The notes under the pieces were generated by a model. It was not told where the DNA came from. It did no database searches and saw nothing but the letters and a program-made list of their open reading frames with translations. Shown piece by piece: positions 26,201-40,323 of a stretch of 64,000 nt of DNA. The number at the start of each line of letters is the position of its first letter. Positions within the stretch are counted from its first letter, which is position 1. The DNA lies in the NCBI GenBank assembly GCA_012295275.1, contig CM022665.1, forward strand, positions 14,012,001 to 14,076,000. Reading direction: 5' to 3'. This DNA comes from Chrysomallon squamiferum. Its lineage: Eukaryota > Animalia > Mollusca. The position numbers were made by a program, and so were the translations under genes.

Positions 26201-29200
26201 ACATACGTTTTTACATTCAAGGCTTACATTCAGTACATGAAATTTGCAAGACGTGCTGAAGGTATTAAATCTGCCCGCTTGGTGTTCAAGATGGCAAGAG
26301 AAGACAAGAAGACGAGATACCATGTTTATGTGGCAGCAGCTTTAATGGAGTATTATTGTAGTAAGGTATGTGTTTGGAGAGCTTCTGTAAAGGTCACACT
26401 CACACACGCAGTCGAACCTGTGTATAATGGCCAGCCATGGGACTTCATAATGTGGCCATTATATTTACCTATATTACAACTGTCATTGAAAAGAACAAAT
26501 ACTTTTGTATGAAATACAAATTTTATGGTATAAGAGAATTTCCACGTTAGTAAATAATGTCAGTACCGAAAAAAAGGCTTTTGTTTATTTTTTTAAACTG
26601 TGATTTTTCTTGTTTTTCTTGTTGTTGCACAATATTAACAGTTAAATATAGCAGGTTCCATGACAATACTGCATGAAAAACAGTGGCTGCTGGCTATTGC
26701 AGAAAGGTGACCATTCTGCACAGGTCATTTAAAGAAGGAAATGTTTTGGGGAGTGATTTGTGGTGACTGTTCTGAACATATAACTAACAAACAAACAGAC
26801 CCAATCATTTTAAAAATGGAAGGAAGAGAGAAAAGACAAAAATTAAAAACAAAACAAATATATTATTATTCAAACACTTTGCAAACCTGTACATATAACA
26901 GAATAGAGTATGGTTTCCAATTACGAAAATAAAGAACCTTTAAATCCAAAATAATAAAGAAATAAAAGAAAATTAAAACAATATAATTCTAATCACAGAT
27001 TTACAACCATGTGAAAAAACAAAACACAGGATGAATTACTAATTATATGAATAAAATAATATATAACCTTAAACTTGTATTTGAAATTGTTTCTATACAT
27101 AAATATAAAATTATTGTCTTGAATTTTATGGACATAGTTACATAAAATTTACATACTTTCTGGATCTTTTCTTTATTTTACTCCAGGAAAAAAATGTTGC
27201 TTTGAAGATCTTTGAGCTGGGTTTGAAGAAGTTTGGAGAGTTTCCAGAATATGCATTGTGTTACATTGACTTCATGTCACATTTAAATGGTACGTACACT
27301 GAACCTCCTTTCATTGTTATGCCCCCAAAATAATACATTTCACACAAGAATTATTACTTTGTTGGGTTTTTTTTGAAGAATTACATTTGCAAGAAAAATT
27401 AAAAGAAAAAAATAATTTGGTCACATTAAATATTTGGATTATAGATATCTGATTTAATTTAATTTAAGTACAGTTAAGTCATCAGTTTTAACATACCAGT
27501 TTAAACTGTATTCAATTTAGATATGTATAGTTCATTGGTCATTATAATTTGTGTACAAAACACCTTTTTGTGTAAACGTTATTGCAGAAAAATATAAAGT
27601 TGCTTATCTAGATGAATTTTGTTTTATTTTGTTATGTTTTCAGAGGACAACAATACACGAGTATTATTTGAAAGAGTTTTATCATCAGGTCAAATACCAC
27701 CAGAAAAGTCAACGTAAGTTATTTTTGTCTATATTTTTTATTAGTTATTTCCAATTATGTTAATAAATATTTCTTAATTATACTTAAATTAACAGATGGG
27801 TACTATTCATGTTATAAAATATTGTAGTCATTAGTAATACGTCAGGCAAATTGTTAAATAAGCACACATAACGATAAGCTAATCTAAGCACTCCATCAGT
27901 GTGCTGTGATGGCTTCTAATTATTAACACTCCAGATACTAAATGAATAAATTATTTCTTATTAAAAATAACATAATAGGAAAATGCAGTTTTATTAGTTG
28001 ATAATAATGCAATTTTTTTTTTCAGGGAAATCTGGAGTAAATTTTTGGCTTTTGAATCCCAAGTTGGTGACTTGGCTAGCATTCTCAAAGTAGAAAAAAG
28101 AAGAGCTCAAACAATAGAAAAAGTAAGTTGTTGATGTCAGAATTTTTATCTTCAGACTGATTTAGCCTACATTTTCTTTTTATATTTTTTTACTTGTGAA
28201 ATTTGTGATTGTAAAAATAGTCCAGTAGTCACCTAAATTTAAAAAAATGTATATATATAAAAAAATTCCACGCACACAAAGAAACATACTGTTTCCATGA
28301 AATCCTGTTATGGTTTTTGGATAATAACATGGAGCAGTGTATGAATTTATTATAAACTAATTGTTTTGGGGTGTCTTATTTTGTAAGTTTTGAGAAATCA
28401 TTAAAATTTTGTAAGTTTTGAGGAATCTTTATTTAATCTTCATATATTCAGGTTCAAGAATTTGAAGAAAAGGAAACAGCATTGTTGATAGACAGGTACA
28501 AGTACCTCAACCTTCTGCCTTGTTCAGAGCGAGAATTGCAGTCCTTAGGATACTGGGTATGTGTTTGTTATAAAGTAAGAAATATTTTTCATTTAGAGGA
28601 GGAACAAAATATTTAGCTAAAGCAAAGCACTTTTTTAAAGCACATTTTCAGATTTTCTCATTTGATAAATACCTTTTTCTTTTTTTAAATTAATAGAAAA
28701 GGGAAATAACAATGTCGTCATACTTGTATGATAGATATTTTAATGTTATGTTACATTTATTAATGATTTGTCTTTATAACTAATTGATTTAATTCAAGAA
28801 GAGATATGTTGCAAGAAAACAAAAACTTTTAACAGAATATATAGTTAATTAAGTAGAGAAACACCAATTTTTAATTTTATTTTTGTTTTCTTCATTTTAG
28901 TGAACAATTTTTAAGACATTTTAATTAAGTTAAATAATTTTTTAGGATTTGGTTCGGCACCACGTTGTTCAGAATACAGTTGTGGGCATGAAGTCTTTCA
29001 AGAACAGTCGTCACAACATGGATGACGACGAGAGCAGACGACCACAGTACCCAAAGCCAGATGTAGAACAGATGTTGCCATTCAAACCAAAGGCCATAGT
29101 CCGTAAGTTATACTATTGCATTTATACAATTTCAAGTTACTGTAATGTCTTTTCAAAAACATTTGACTATCATTTATGTTTGTGTGTGGTTGTATGTCAA

Positions 29201-30467
29201 AAAGTACATAAAACATAAAACTATTAAGATAACTATTAATCTTGAGCATCTGGTGCATCACAAGAATATTTTAAAACATTTAAAGGTTTTTTTATGTTAA
29301 TAAGAATATCTTTATGACAACAGATTTGTGTTTGTTAATTTTACTTATGATCTAACTTAAGTATTGTTTTATTGTATCTGTTTAATTTTTGATTTTGTAG
29401 ATATTGGTGCACATCCAGTACCAGGGGGAGTTTTCCCACCTCCACCAGAAGCTGCCAGTTTAATTACAATTCTTCCACCACCTGACTGCTTTCACGTGAG
29501 TAATAACCCTATATTTAGATTGTGTTATTACCACCTCATCATCTTTTAAAAAAATATATATTTATACATTCAAAATCTTTGAAGCAATCAAAATGGTTAT
29601 TATTGGTGCATATTTTATGTGTTTTCATTCATAGTTTTATGACATGTATTTCTGGTAAAGTTAATTTGTATATTTAAAATTACACTTTTCTTACCTGTAG
29701 AAACAAACAGTTATTAAATAGACTATTAAATTAACAGTGAAAAAAATTCTTGACTTGGCTCCTTTCAAAAGTTGAATATTTTCATTTGTTACATTATTTT
29801 CAAGATTCTTAAAAAGAAATATATTTCTTTTTTTCAGGGGCCATTTGTAATAATGGACAAATTTATAGAGCATATGAAGAAATTAAAGATTCCAGAAGGT
29901 AATTTTGTAACTTATTACTGGTAATATTATCATTACTATTATTATTAGAAATTAAAATTATTAGTACTAAAAATACATATTTCATTTGTGTGTACATGCA
30001 TGAGATAGAGAATAAATTGATGGATAAACTGTATGATTTGTTGGTTTTTTTGTTTTGTTTTTTAAGTAAATAACCCTTTAAACTGGGATGTAGAATTACA
30101 CCTCCATAATGTTTCTGTCTGGCTATTCCCCATTTCATCCAGTTACTAACAATAGACAATTTTCCAACTTTGACTTTAGAATAATTAATTTCATACTTTA
30201 TAACTATTTATATTCAATTATTTTAAGGATTGTATTGTTAACCAAATATTGATTAATTCTTATTTCTTTTCAGCACCCAGTAATGCTCAAAATGGTATGG
30301 ATGGTGTCCTGAAAGTTGATCCAGGAACTCAGTACTCCATTGACATTCTAACTGGTGCTAAGAAACGAAAGCAAGCAGAAGAAGAGAGTGATGATGAAAA
30401 CATGGAAACTCCAGCAGCACCAGTCAACGACATCTACCGAAGTCGACAACAGAAAAAAGTTAAATAG
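13461..30467 (+). CDS. CSTF3: Cleavage stimulation factor 77 kDa subunit (CstF-77 / suppressor of forked), 21 exons
   Basis: Exons 13461-13493, 14148-14249, 14738-14833, 22280-22312, 22692-22789, 23105-23206, 23526-23652, 23949-24107, 24382-24463, 24789-24898, 25321-25437, 25848-25922, 26222-26365, 27187-27289, 27644-27713, 28026-28122, 28452-28556, 28946-29102, 29401-29495, 29838-29898, 30274-30467. HAT-repeat peptides ([45 protein letters not shown]), Pro-rich [14 protein letters not shown] and C-terminal [12 protein letters not shown]. Confidence 0.96.
14834..16480 (+). promoter_or_regulatory. Candidate intronic polyadenylation region in CSTF3 intron 3
   Basis: Weak donor GTTAAT overlaps AATAAA (14837-14842). 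CATAAA at 15466 and AATAAA at 16418 are each followed by GT/T-rich tracts sharing TGTCTTCTTGA. The position corresponds to the vertebrate CSTF3 intron-3 poly(A) site. Confidence 0.5.
19080..19200 (+). mobile_element. Degenerate SINE-like dispersed repeat copy
   Basis: CCAGCCAACCACCACTGATTCATCAAAGGC...CATATTACGGAAGCCATGCTGCTAAT resembles the copy at ~21090 and the GCATATAAA(A/G)GATCC motif at 50422. Confidence 0.35.
21010..21210 (+). mobile_element. Degenerate SINE-like dispersed repeat copy
   Basis: GC-richer island AACCAGTGCCCCACAAATGGTATACAAGGGCTGTGGTATG...GGGAAAGGGTATATTAAAA...GGTTTTCTCTCT; related fragments elsewhere in the window. Confidence 0.4.
26409..26730 (+). mobile_element. Tc1/pogo-type MITE remnant in CSTF3 intron 13
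   Basis: Starts with CAGTCGAACCTGTGTATAATGGCCA (pogo-like terminus); decayed inverse copy GGTGACCATTCTGCACAGGTC at ~26706-26726. No clean TA TSD. Confidence 0.4.
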
Positions 30468-30934
30468 ACCATTGTTTATAAACCTGCTGTGATCAGTGGG
30501 ACATTAGTGGGAGACAGTTTATAAGACTTTTTAACTTATCAGTCTTACTTTTGTTGATGTTATTATACAGAACAGAGAAAGACAAATTAACAGGGATAAC
30601 TGTTCACATAGCACATTTCTTTTCCAAGTTTACCATAAAAACATTAACGATTTTTAATAATTTTAATTCATGATAAACTATTTATTAAAAACATGATACT
30701 TAGAAAAAAAACAGAAAAAGAAAGGAAAAAAACACAAACATTTATGATAAGAAATGTTTTGTATCAAGTATACTTTCTTGGAGAAACTAATGTTTTGGAT
30801 GGGGTGGAAATATAAAAAGAAACCCGAACTTCTGATTTAAACACATTATTAAAAACTTACTAATGGGGTCTAAAGGTACATTAATTTTATTTTTTACCCT
30901 TTGTTAAAAATTTTGTGCCATACATGTCTGTTGA

Positions 30935-30970
30935 AATAAATGTGTTGTGATCAGTTTTCAGTAATTTTCA
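30935..30970 (+). terminator. Candidate CSTF3 terminal polyadenylation signal
   Basis: AATAAA at 30935 followed by TGTGTTGTG and T-rich sequence, ~470 bp after the stop codon. Confidence 0.4.
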
Positions 30971-32833
30971 TAATCATCAATTCATTAAAACCTCTTTTTA
31001 ACAGTGTAAGAGTGCAAATTTCACATAACCTTTATTAAAATCAGTGAAAAAAGAATATGTTGTGTGTGCTTGGTGAGAGATGAACCACATTAATGGGAGT
31101 TCTAATTATGATGGGATTCACATTTTTATTTTCTTATATTTCTGTACATTTTATTTTTGGGCCATTAAAGAAAAAAATTTAATATTTTATGTGGATTAAA
31201 TTTTATTCTTGCTTCAAACCAGTTAGCTGTGTTTTGTTTTTTGTTGACATGGAATTCAAAATAAAAATACCCAAGATCCCAGAATTGACCTTTCTGAATG
31301 CTTTGATTTCATAATATGCATTATTTGCACAGGATTTGTTGATTTTGCCACATTATTCTAGCAGCCAATATTATGTGACTAATTAATTATCTACTAAACA
31401 TACAGATGTATGCACTATTTTGTTATTATTAAAAATTAATTTAAAAACAACTGAAGTTAAAAAAGGTAATCACTTTCGTTATTTTTTGTATTCATTATTC
31501 AAACCCATTTATTAATCATCCATCTACAAGCTTTGTACATATGAATATGGGTCTATACAAATAAAAAATAAACTCACCGTAGTTTGTTTCTTCTTTCCTC
31601 TCTCCTTGTGTTTTGATATAAAAAGTTATTACTAAATAATACCTGAAATGTTTGTTTATTTTGCCAAATTACTTGAGTGGAGTTCACTGAACATTCTTTT
31701 CACTTTCATTTTTTTTTAGCATGTTAACCATGTGCAGATTTCTAATCTGTTTTTGTCATTTTGGGGTTTTTTGTGGAGTGTATCATTTCGACAATTTTTT
31801 AATAACTTACATTATTTTTATCCTCTTCCATTACATTCAGATTTTCTATCTTTTATTATTGTGTATTTATTTATTTTTAGTTCTTGCTATCCTAAATTAG
31901 AATAACACTTAAAAATCCATACAGAACATTTTATCAGTTTACTATTTTCAATCAAACCACAGACAAAAAAAAAAACAATTTCTTTTTTATTTAATTTCAG
32001 ATCCATAATAGTAGTGTCAAAAATTTATCATTAATAAATACACAATAAAAAGATTAAAAATATTAAATTTCATCAGTAATTTGTAAAGATATATTAGAAA
32101 ACTTTTCTAACAAATGATTTTTAAAAAAATAATTACTTTTCCTTTTTCAGTTTTTATTTAAAACATTGTTTTATGTTTGTTTTGACTTTGTCCAAGCATA
32201 CCAACTATAATGTGAGTAAATATTAAACACTGTCAATACACATGGCTAAAATTGGAGAAACCTCACCACTGACTTTTCACTGGATTCTATAAAATGCAGT
32301 AATACAAACAATTTTTATTTTTTATGTAACTTATCTCCCTTGAGACTAAAATCATGACAGTACTATTTCAAGTCATCATTAGAAATTTTGCTTTTCTTCA
32401 GTTTTTATATTTTTGTGTAACAGTCAAATATTTGTTTCTCTCCTGACCATATTAAAACTAAGAAATCAAAATATCTGCAACACTATTTTGGTATTCAATC
32501 TGGCATATTCATTCATTTTATTTTATTTTACTGGTAACAATTTACACACATTTTATGATGGGACTGAATTTTCTGCAGGTTAGTGTCAAATTGACATTTG
32601 TAGTAGTGGTGATTACTGCTTCTGTCTTGCTCTATGTTGTTAAACAACATGGCCTTTGGGTAATTTGCACTATCAAAATTAACAGTGTTTCTCAACTTAC
32701 ATACCCAGTTCTGTCTAAGACATTCTTACAATCAATATAAAATCATACACTGACATCATTAAAATATTCGTACTGAACTTCCATTTTCTGCTGCATGAGA
32801 TCGGTACAATTCGAACAGAAACAGATTCTGATG

Positions 32834-35800
32834 CTATTTCGTTGTTGCATATTTAATTTCATCAAAGGCTTTTCTGGCTTTTCTGAGTTCCTCGTTCATG
32901 AGTAGAAGTTCTTTAACTCTGGAATATTTTTTAGGGTCTTTGCGAATTAGAAATATTATATCTTCAACTTGAATTCGCCCTGCTCTTCCTGTTTCCATAG
33001 CTTTTTTAGTCTGAATTGAAAAAAAAAGAAAGAAATAAATAAAGAAATTGAAACAATATATTAAAAATTATTTTATTTGTTATGGGTAGAGCTACATGAA
33101 ATGTAAATAACTGTATTTTATTTTCTTTCATTAATATGTATTTTTGAACTTGGAAATAAGAATAATTTATCCATTTTGAACTTAACACTCATGAAATCTT
33201 AAATTATATTTCATTGTACAAGTATCCCTTGCCTAATACTGTTTCACTTTGTTTGGAACTTGATTAACATGTTAATATTAATTCCAACCATCACTTGATG
33301 CTCATGGCAAACATTTTGATTTTTTTTTTTTAGATATCAAACTTGATACAATTTAAATTTTTATAAAAAGCTTGATATGTTTTGTAATTTTGGGTCACTT
33401 AAGCATTGAACAATGGACATGGATCCAGATCTGAATAGTAACAGTCTAGTTTGCCACAATTTAGAGAAACAGATTACATGAAACAAAAGGTAAAACTGTT
33501 AAAAAAAACTAGATAATCTGAAGCTAAAAGTACATAAAGATTGTTGAAACTATTACTTATATATAATAAACCCTAAAGTGTTTTCCTTACAAGAATATAT
33601 ATATTTTAGATAGCTAAATATGTGGGGGGGGTTTGAAGTCAACATTTAATCAAGGATCAGTTATAACTTTTACCAATAACTATATTTGATTCACAAAATT
33701 TCAATGTATGAGGTAACTCTGATGGATTAATTAACTGCATTAAGGATGGGATACCTATAACCATTTTTCAAAATTTATTAAAATTTATATTTAATATAAA
33801 ATCATTATTAAATTAAATAAATATTATTTTCCAGACAAAATATAAAATGTTTATCGTTCTAAAAATACAGCATGATATTTTCATTAAATCAGAATATTTT
33901 CACATTACATTTCACCAATGCTACAAAACCATAAGAAACATGCTGTTATAAAGACCTACCATTTCAGTTATATACTCTATAACAAGATCTTCAAGTAGGT
34001 CCACAGATTCAGTATAGGGATTTTGGTCATCTCCAAAACCATACATCATACATCGCACTGGTATTTTGTTTTTAAAAAATAAAAATAAAAAATACATTAA
34101 CATTTTTTAACAAATAAATTAACAACAATAATTACAGTCACAATTCAACAATTCTAACAAGAATGGTCCAGCAAAATAGAATTTCTAGGAATCTGAGGTT
34201 CAAAATTCAAATGTTTACTGCAGTTCTGATGTAAGAAACACAACTCAAATGAATTTGATATAAATACATACACACACATGTATATGCAGATGTCTTTATT
34301 GATGTATTAAACATCAAAAACAGATGAACATAAATTACTAGCCTGAGTCCGGCAGATTGACATTTAGGAAGGATAACATTGGTTCTCCTCCAATTACTGC
34401 AATGATTCTAGCTAGTATACTCATTTAACAATAACTTCTGGTTTACATTCCTTTAGATTGGTCATTTTCAAGTTTGCTGGTACCATAAAAAGTATCATTT
34501 ATTCACACACACTACCAGAAGAAACAAAATCATAAAATCACTGACCTGGAAATATGCAGACATGTTTGATTCAACCTAAATAATGACATAACTGTCAGCT
34601 GATTAAGATTCAGTACAATTCAGTTCAGGAAGTATTATCATCAAAATAAAGTTAGTGATGAAAGACTGTTTACCAAGTTTCTTAAATAAATATTTTTCAT
34701 TATGGTGTCTGTAATTCAACACAAACTCATTAACATTTTTTGAAAATGTTCATGGTTCAACAGATACCACCTGAGGTTAGATACACTTCCAAAGTCTGTT
34801 CAGTGCTGCACTGAATCAGTTCTGTATTTTTGTCATAACTGTCATTCATTATCTTTACCATTATGTTTTATCATTGGGACTATTTTTATTTTATCTACAA
34901 TATCATTGTCCATCATTTCTGATTAGACTATCATTGTCCAGACTGACATAATCATGCACATCATAATAAAGTAATGTCAGCATCATCAGGGACATCAACA
35001 TCATAGTGTTCTTTAAGCTTAACGTCAGAAGCATCAAACCTAGCATTGGCATTCACATTAGCCTAAGCCTTATGAATTATATTTAATGTATCTAGAACAT
35101 TTTACCTGCTTTCTGTAATAGACCTTTAAATTTTAAATGATTTCCTGATCTATTGGTTAGGTACAAAGACCATTTCAACTGCATTTGGACCTTTTATTTT
35201 GGTGTGGGCAGGCCAGTCATTAATTCCAAGGGCAATTTAACTTTTATGGCAAGACATTTGCTTGTCAATTTTTTTCACCTAATTTATGACATCATCAAGC
35301 ATTTGTTTTTTGCTAGGTAAAGCGTGGGTAATGTGTTAAAGTTTTTAAAACTGTGGTTTTTCTGACTTCCCTATGGCCAGTAAAGGTGGTTCGTCATTGC
35401 CTAAGTGTTTGCCATCACAAGGCCAGTTAGGCCTTCTTTTTTTCCTTTCATGATGATCTACATCTTTAAATACAGGAAGAACTTAATAAAACATTCATGT
35501 TTCATCTGCATGATATTTACAAAGAATCGCCCATGCCATTTAAGTCTATTAGTGAAACATGTGTCACTGCAAACCTTTTTAAATGCTATTCCATTTCTTG
35601 TTTTCCTTAGCAATTCATTTTTTAATTCTTATACCTGTCTCCACTTCCATAAACACTTTATATTTTATCTCAATATTGTTTACTGCCAACTTTCTTTTGA
35701 CACCTCTTTAACCTGAATATAGGCTCTAACTCTAAAAACGAATTCCATTTATATTTCATTCAGAGCTTATACAAATATTGTATAATTGATTCACAACCTA

Positions 35801-37238
35801 TTGCATGTTTGACAGGATTTGCAAGCAAAACAAACATCAATCAATGAACTTTATCAGTTAACTACAAATCTTCTTTGAAGGCTGCCAGCAGTTATGCATT
35901 ATGTAAAGAGGTCCTTTACACAAACAAGGCATGCATATTTGCAAGGAAAGAAATAGCTTGACCATTTCAAGACTAACTTCTGTTAAACCAATAGTCTCAG
36001 ACAGAAAAATGACAGAGAAAACATGTTTTTGATTTATCAGTATTTGAATGTTTGAAGGTCATTATTACTAACATATAGGAGCTTGGCTGGGACCAGACCT
36101 TCAGTGTGATAGGTTTAGGTTATTGAGAAATCAAAGTTTAATTTTAAAAGTTCAACTGTACCTTAGCACAGAATAAAACAGTGAATATGATTTAGCAGCA
36201 GTTTGTTAAGATATTATCAAATATTGATGTTAGAAAATCATATTAATGAATGTAAAACAAAAAAAAAAACATGCCTTTAAGTAAATCCAAAACTAAGAAA
36301 ATGTGAACAATGTCCCAGTAATGAAAGGGGAATACAGATAATGTCAATAACTTTTGTACTTACATTCTTTTGAAAATATTTTCTTCCTTTTTTCCAATGG
36401 GGCATCTTCTTCTGTTTCATCTTCTTCGAACTATAAATCAAAAAATCATGTTACCATTTGTCATCATACTGAAATGAACATTTAACATCTTACTGCACTC
36501 TTCTGTATTGTTTTAGAATAACTTTGAAATTAAACATTAAAATATAAAAGTTTTATCAAGCACAACTGTACCAGTTTCAATTTCACATTTCTCCTGATAT
36601 AAATTAATAAAACATAATAATGAGATTGTTGTTAATGTAAGTATTTTATTTATTATTTATTGTAATTACTTGTAACTCTAACAAGTCCAAAATATTTCTG
36701 ATGAAAATTTTAAAGTCACTAAGATGAATTTTATAACATACATTTTACATGAAATGAAATAGGGTATTATAGGCACAATTATTACTTACTGGCAACTTAA
36801 TTACAATTATTGGGTTTAAATGGATTATAATACTAACTACAGATGTTCATTTGTTATTCTCAGGTTTTGCTGATGTCATTGTGATGGTCGTCAAAATATT
36901 ACTGATTCAGCATTAGTGATCGTATTTTGTTCACCTTGTCCACCCATCTCAGTTTAAGACGACCTTTACCAACTGGCCTAGATCTATTTACTATTATTTG
37001 TGTGATGATGCCATCACTGAATGGATGATTATATCATGTAACATTCAAAATCTCTAGCTGTTCAGACTCGAGCTTCATTTTTGCTTTTGTCATTTTGAGA
37101 CTTTCAAAATTATTTTCAAACATCTGAACTGCTGATGAAATTATAACAATTTTACAAAGCTAAAAAATAAAACGACTTTCCAACATTTATTTGCAAATTT
37201 GTTACCTCCCCCTGCTGTTCTTTCTCACTTTCTGCCAT
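32834..37238 (-). CDS. TAF13: TFIID subunit 13, 4 exons, ~124 aa
   Basis: Exons 37238-37206, 36430-36364, 34057-33960, 33010-32834 give MAESEKEQQGE FEEDE...KRKKIFSKE LRCMMYGFGDDQNPYTESVDLLEDLVIEYITEM TKKAMETGRAGRIQVEDIIFLIRKDPKKYSRVKELLLMNEELRKARKAFDEIKYATTK*. Confidence 0.97.
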
Positions 37239-37466
37239 AATTCTAAACTTTATTGCGTAAGAAAAATTGCGCTGAATAAAATAAATCTGAAACTTGACCA
37301 ATCGAACTACGCAAAAAGACGACGGAGGGGAAATAACTCTAAATTGTTTCATCATCTTTGCGTTATCTTTGTCAAAACGTGCCTTTCTAGAAGGTCGCAA
37401 GGACGTTGTTGAACTACTTTTAAGCAACAGCGCAGTTAACTGTGGTTATACGAAACAGAAGACACC
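37239..37466. promoter_or_regulatory. Bidirectional promoter TAF13/COX17
   Basis: 228 bp between divergent ATGs; CpG-enriched; CCAAT box (GACCAATCG) at ~37296. Confidence 0.7.
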
Positions 37467-38820
37467 ATGCCAGAAGTAACGAAAGATAATAAATCCCAGG
37501 AAGGAGAGGGAGAGAAAAAGTGTAAACCATGTTGTGCTTGTCCGGAAACGAAAAAGATCCGTGATGCATGGTTAGTTGATGGTCATGACTTTTCAATGTA
37601 TTATAATAAGTAATTTTAAGATTTTTTTTTTTTGTTTTTTTGTTTGTTTGTTTGTTTGTTTGTTTGTTTTTGTTTTTGTTTTTGGGTTGTTTTTTTTGTA
37701 ATTTGTTTTTGGATATAGCATTAATTATTTTATTCAGAGATCTTTAATAGTTTGATTCGTTAAATTATCTGATATTATTACTGTACTAATCATGTATGGA
37801 ATGTTTAACTATAAATTACTTAGTTAAATTTACTTACCAAAACGAGAATAACAAGATATATATACCTATATTACTGTTTATTACTGTTACCGAAACTTTA
37901 CGGAAATAACAGTTCTAGAAATATTTTATAATAAAGACTGAAAATGTGTTAAAATCTTGTTTGCAAAGTTCCATTTTCTCATAATCCATATAGTTACGAT
38001 TAATTGATTGTAACAATGTAAAATAAAATCAGGATCATAATTGTTGTTATAAAGTGTAAAAATAAGAAAGTACTGTCTGAAAAATTGATAAGACTTTTAA
38101 AAATATGTTAAAACATACAAAATATGGACTGCTGAATGTATAGTATAGTTTCATCATCACAGCTTTGTTTTGATTTTGTTATTTCATGCATCTAAAAGAA
38201 AAAAAGACAGACAAATCGCACCTTAAATGCAATTTTAGCATTCTGGTCAGCAATACATTCAATATAAATTATTTATGGGTATATTCAATAAAAATTACAC
38301 CTGCTTTATTAAATCATACATAAATACACTTATTACATCATACAAGGTAAATTTTATTGCATCACTATTTAATGATGTCATTCTTACTGAGAATATTTAT
38401 TTATTTTAGTTTTTTTTAATGCAAAATGTTTTCCAGTGATTTTGGGATATATAATATACAGATCTCCATTAATTTATTACTTGGTGTTAAATCTTCAGTT
38501 TCTTATTTCATTTAATTTACTAATAATTTTGTTATCTTTTTGTTTTGCTTCCTTGATTAATTTCTGGTTTTTGTTGATAAGAATATTTTTATAATATTTA
38601 AATTTTGACTAAAAAATAAATGAATTGCAAATTACAGAAAGATATGTAACAAGATTTGATGAAACTGAAATCAACATGTATGTTTGCACATTCACAGTGG
38701 TTTTGTTTTAAACATTGGCTATTTAATATTTTCAGTATCTTGGATAAGGGAGAAGAAAATTGTGGTTCTGAAATTGAGCAGCATAAAGAGTGTATGAGGA
38801 AAATGGGTTTCAAGGTTTGA
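37467..38820 (+). CDS. COX17: Cytochrome c oxidase copper chaperone COX17, 2 coding exons, ~62 aa
   Basis: Exons 37467-37570 and 38736-38820 give [62 protein letters not shown], with the KPCCAC copper motif and twin CX9C. Too short for the ORF track. Confidence 0.97.
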
Positions 38821-40257
38821 CAGGTTAGTTTACATTTTACATCTTTCACAAGCAAATGTTTAATTTTTTTATAATTATTAATTATTAAGAGTCTTGAATA
38901 GAAAAATTAAGTGTATGATAACTTTAAACTTTTCAGTTTAAATAAAATAAAATAAAAACTGATTTTTTTTTGTTAAACTTTTTTTTTTCATGTTGGTAAT
39001 AAAGATATTGCTTTCTTAATTTCAGTTTGCTTAATCATAGATTATTATAAGGAAGTGAAAAATGATCTGTCTTGCATATGATGTTTTTAAAAATAGACCC
39101 TTTTTCATAGTTTAATTTTAGAAACCCTGTAATTAAAATAATTTTTCCCTTTTCCAGTATTGTTTCAGAAGGTTCATATTTTTATTTACAGTTGATTTAA
39201 TATTAGAATTTGTGATTAATGTGCAGATAAAAAGAAGAAAACTTTAAAGACATTACCATGTGGTCTTTATTTTACTTTCAGATGCAATCTTGCCCTGATA
39301 CTTGGTGGAATTGCTGCGCAAGTGTGATATGACTAGCATGTTATTAACAAACATTACTCAATTAAGATTCATCTCACATATGTATTCGTTCATAACCAAG
39401 TTTCTTGAGTTTCACTAAATCTATTGAAAAACCTTTTCACTTTTTTTTTTTTTTTTTTTAATTTTATTTATATATATTTTTATTTTTATTTTTTAAAAGG
39501 TAAAAAGGAATAAAAACAGCATAATGCTTGTATTACATGACAGTAATCTCAGTAATCTAGAATAGATATATCAGAACAAAGATCATCTGCTTGTATGATG
39601 ATGGTACTCGTTAGTAAAATATTTTAATTTGAAATAATAATTTCATGTTTTAGAAATTTGTTTTAAACTAAACCTTCACCCATTTATGGAAAATAAATGT
39701 TTTCTTTTATTATCATATTTCTCATATTTATTTATAATTATCCATTATATGTGACAGAAAAAAAACCACACAGTAAAAAAAAGAGGATATTTTGAACTTA
39801 CGAATGCAAACATGGCTTTCATACTATCACAAAAAAACCAAAAAACAACTGCTTCTAAGAAGTAGAATCTGAACACTAAAGGTTAATAAAATGAAATTTT
39901 TAATGCATCTGGATTCTATTCAGATAAAGAAAACTTTTTTAATTTTTTTTTTTTTTTATAAAGTTACACTTTGGTTGTTGAATCAAAATATTTATTAACT
40001 AATCTTATTATGTAAACCAGTATGTTATGATTAGTTGAAAGATGTAAAATATTTATTGATTTTAAGCAGTTAATGTAGAGATTTTATTGGCTTCAGGTCT
40101 AATCAGTGGTATTTTTGTTAGATTTATTATTTAACTTTAGGTTCCAAACATTTATGCTTCCATTATCAGTTATTTTGTTTTATTTATTTGTGTATTTTTA
40201 TTTTTTTTTTTTTTTTTTTTTATTTATTATTTTTTTAATATATTTTTTTTAAGATTG

Positions 40258-40259
40258 AT

Positions 40260-40322
<63 letters not shown>

Positions 40323-40323
40323 T
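40258..40323. repeat. (TTTA)n microsatellite
   Basis: Tetranucleotide run read directly. Confidence 0.85.

Noticed and set aside
28378-28432. 28-bp imperfect tandem duplication in a CSTF3 intron
   Set aside because: Two copies only; ordinary slippage product.
36860-37140. C/D-box-like TGATGA/CTGA words in TAF13 intron 1
   Set aside because: On the strand opposite the host transcript, with no terminal stem or recognisable rRNA guide.
37152-37479. Overlapping ORFs across the TAF13/COX17 promoter
   Set aside because: Explained by TAF13 exon 1 and promoter sequence; no independent coding signal.
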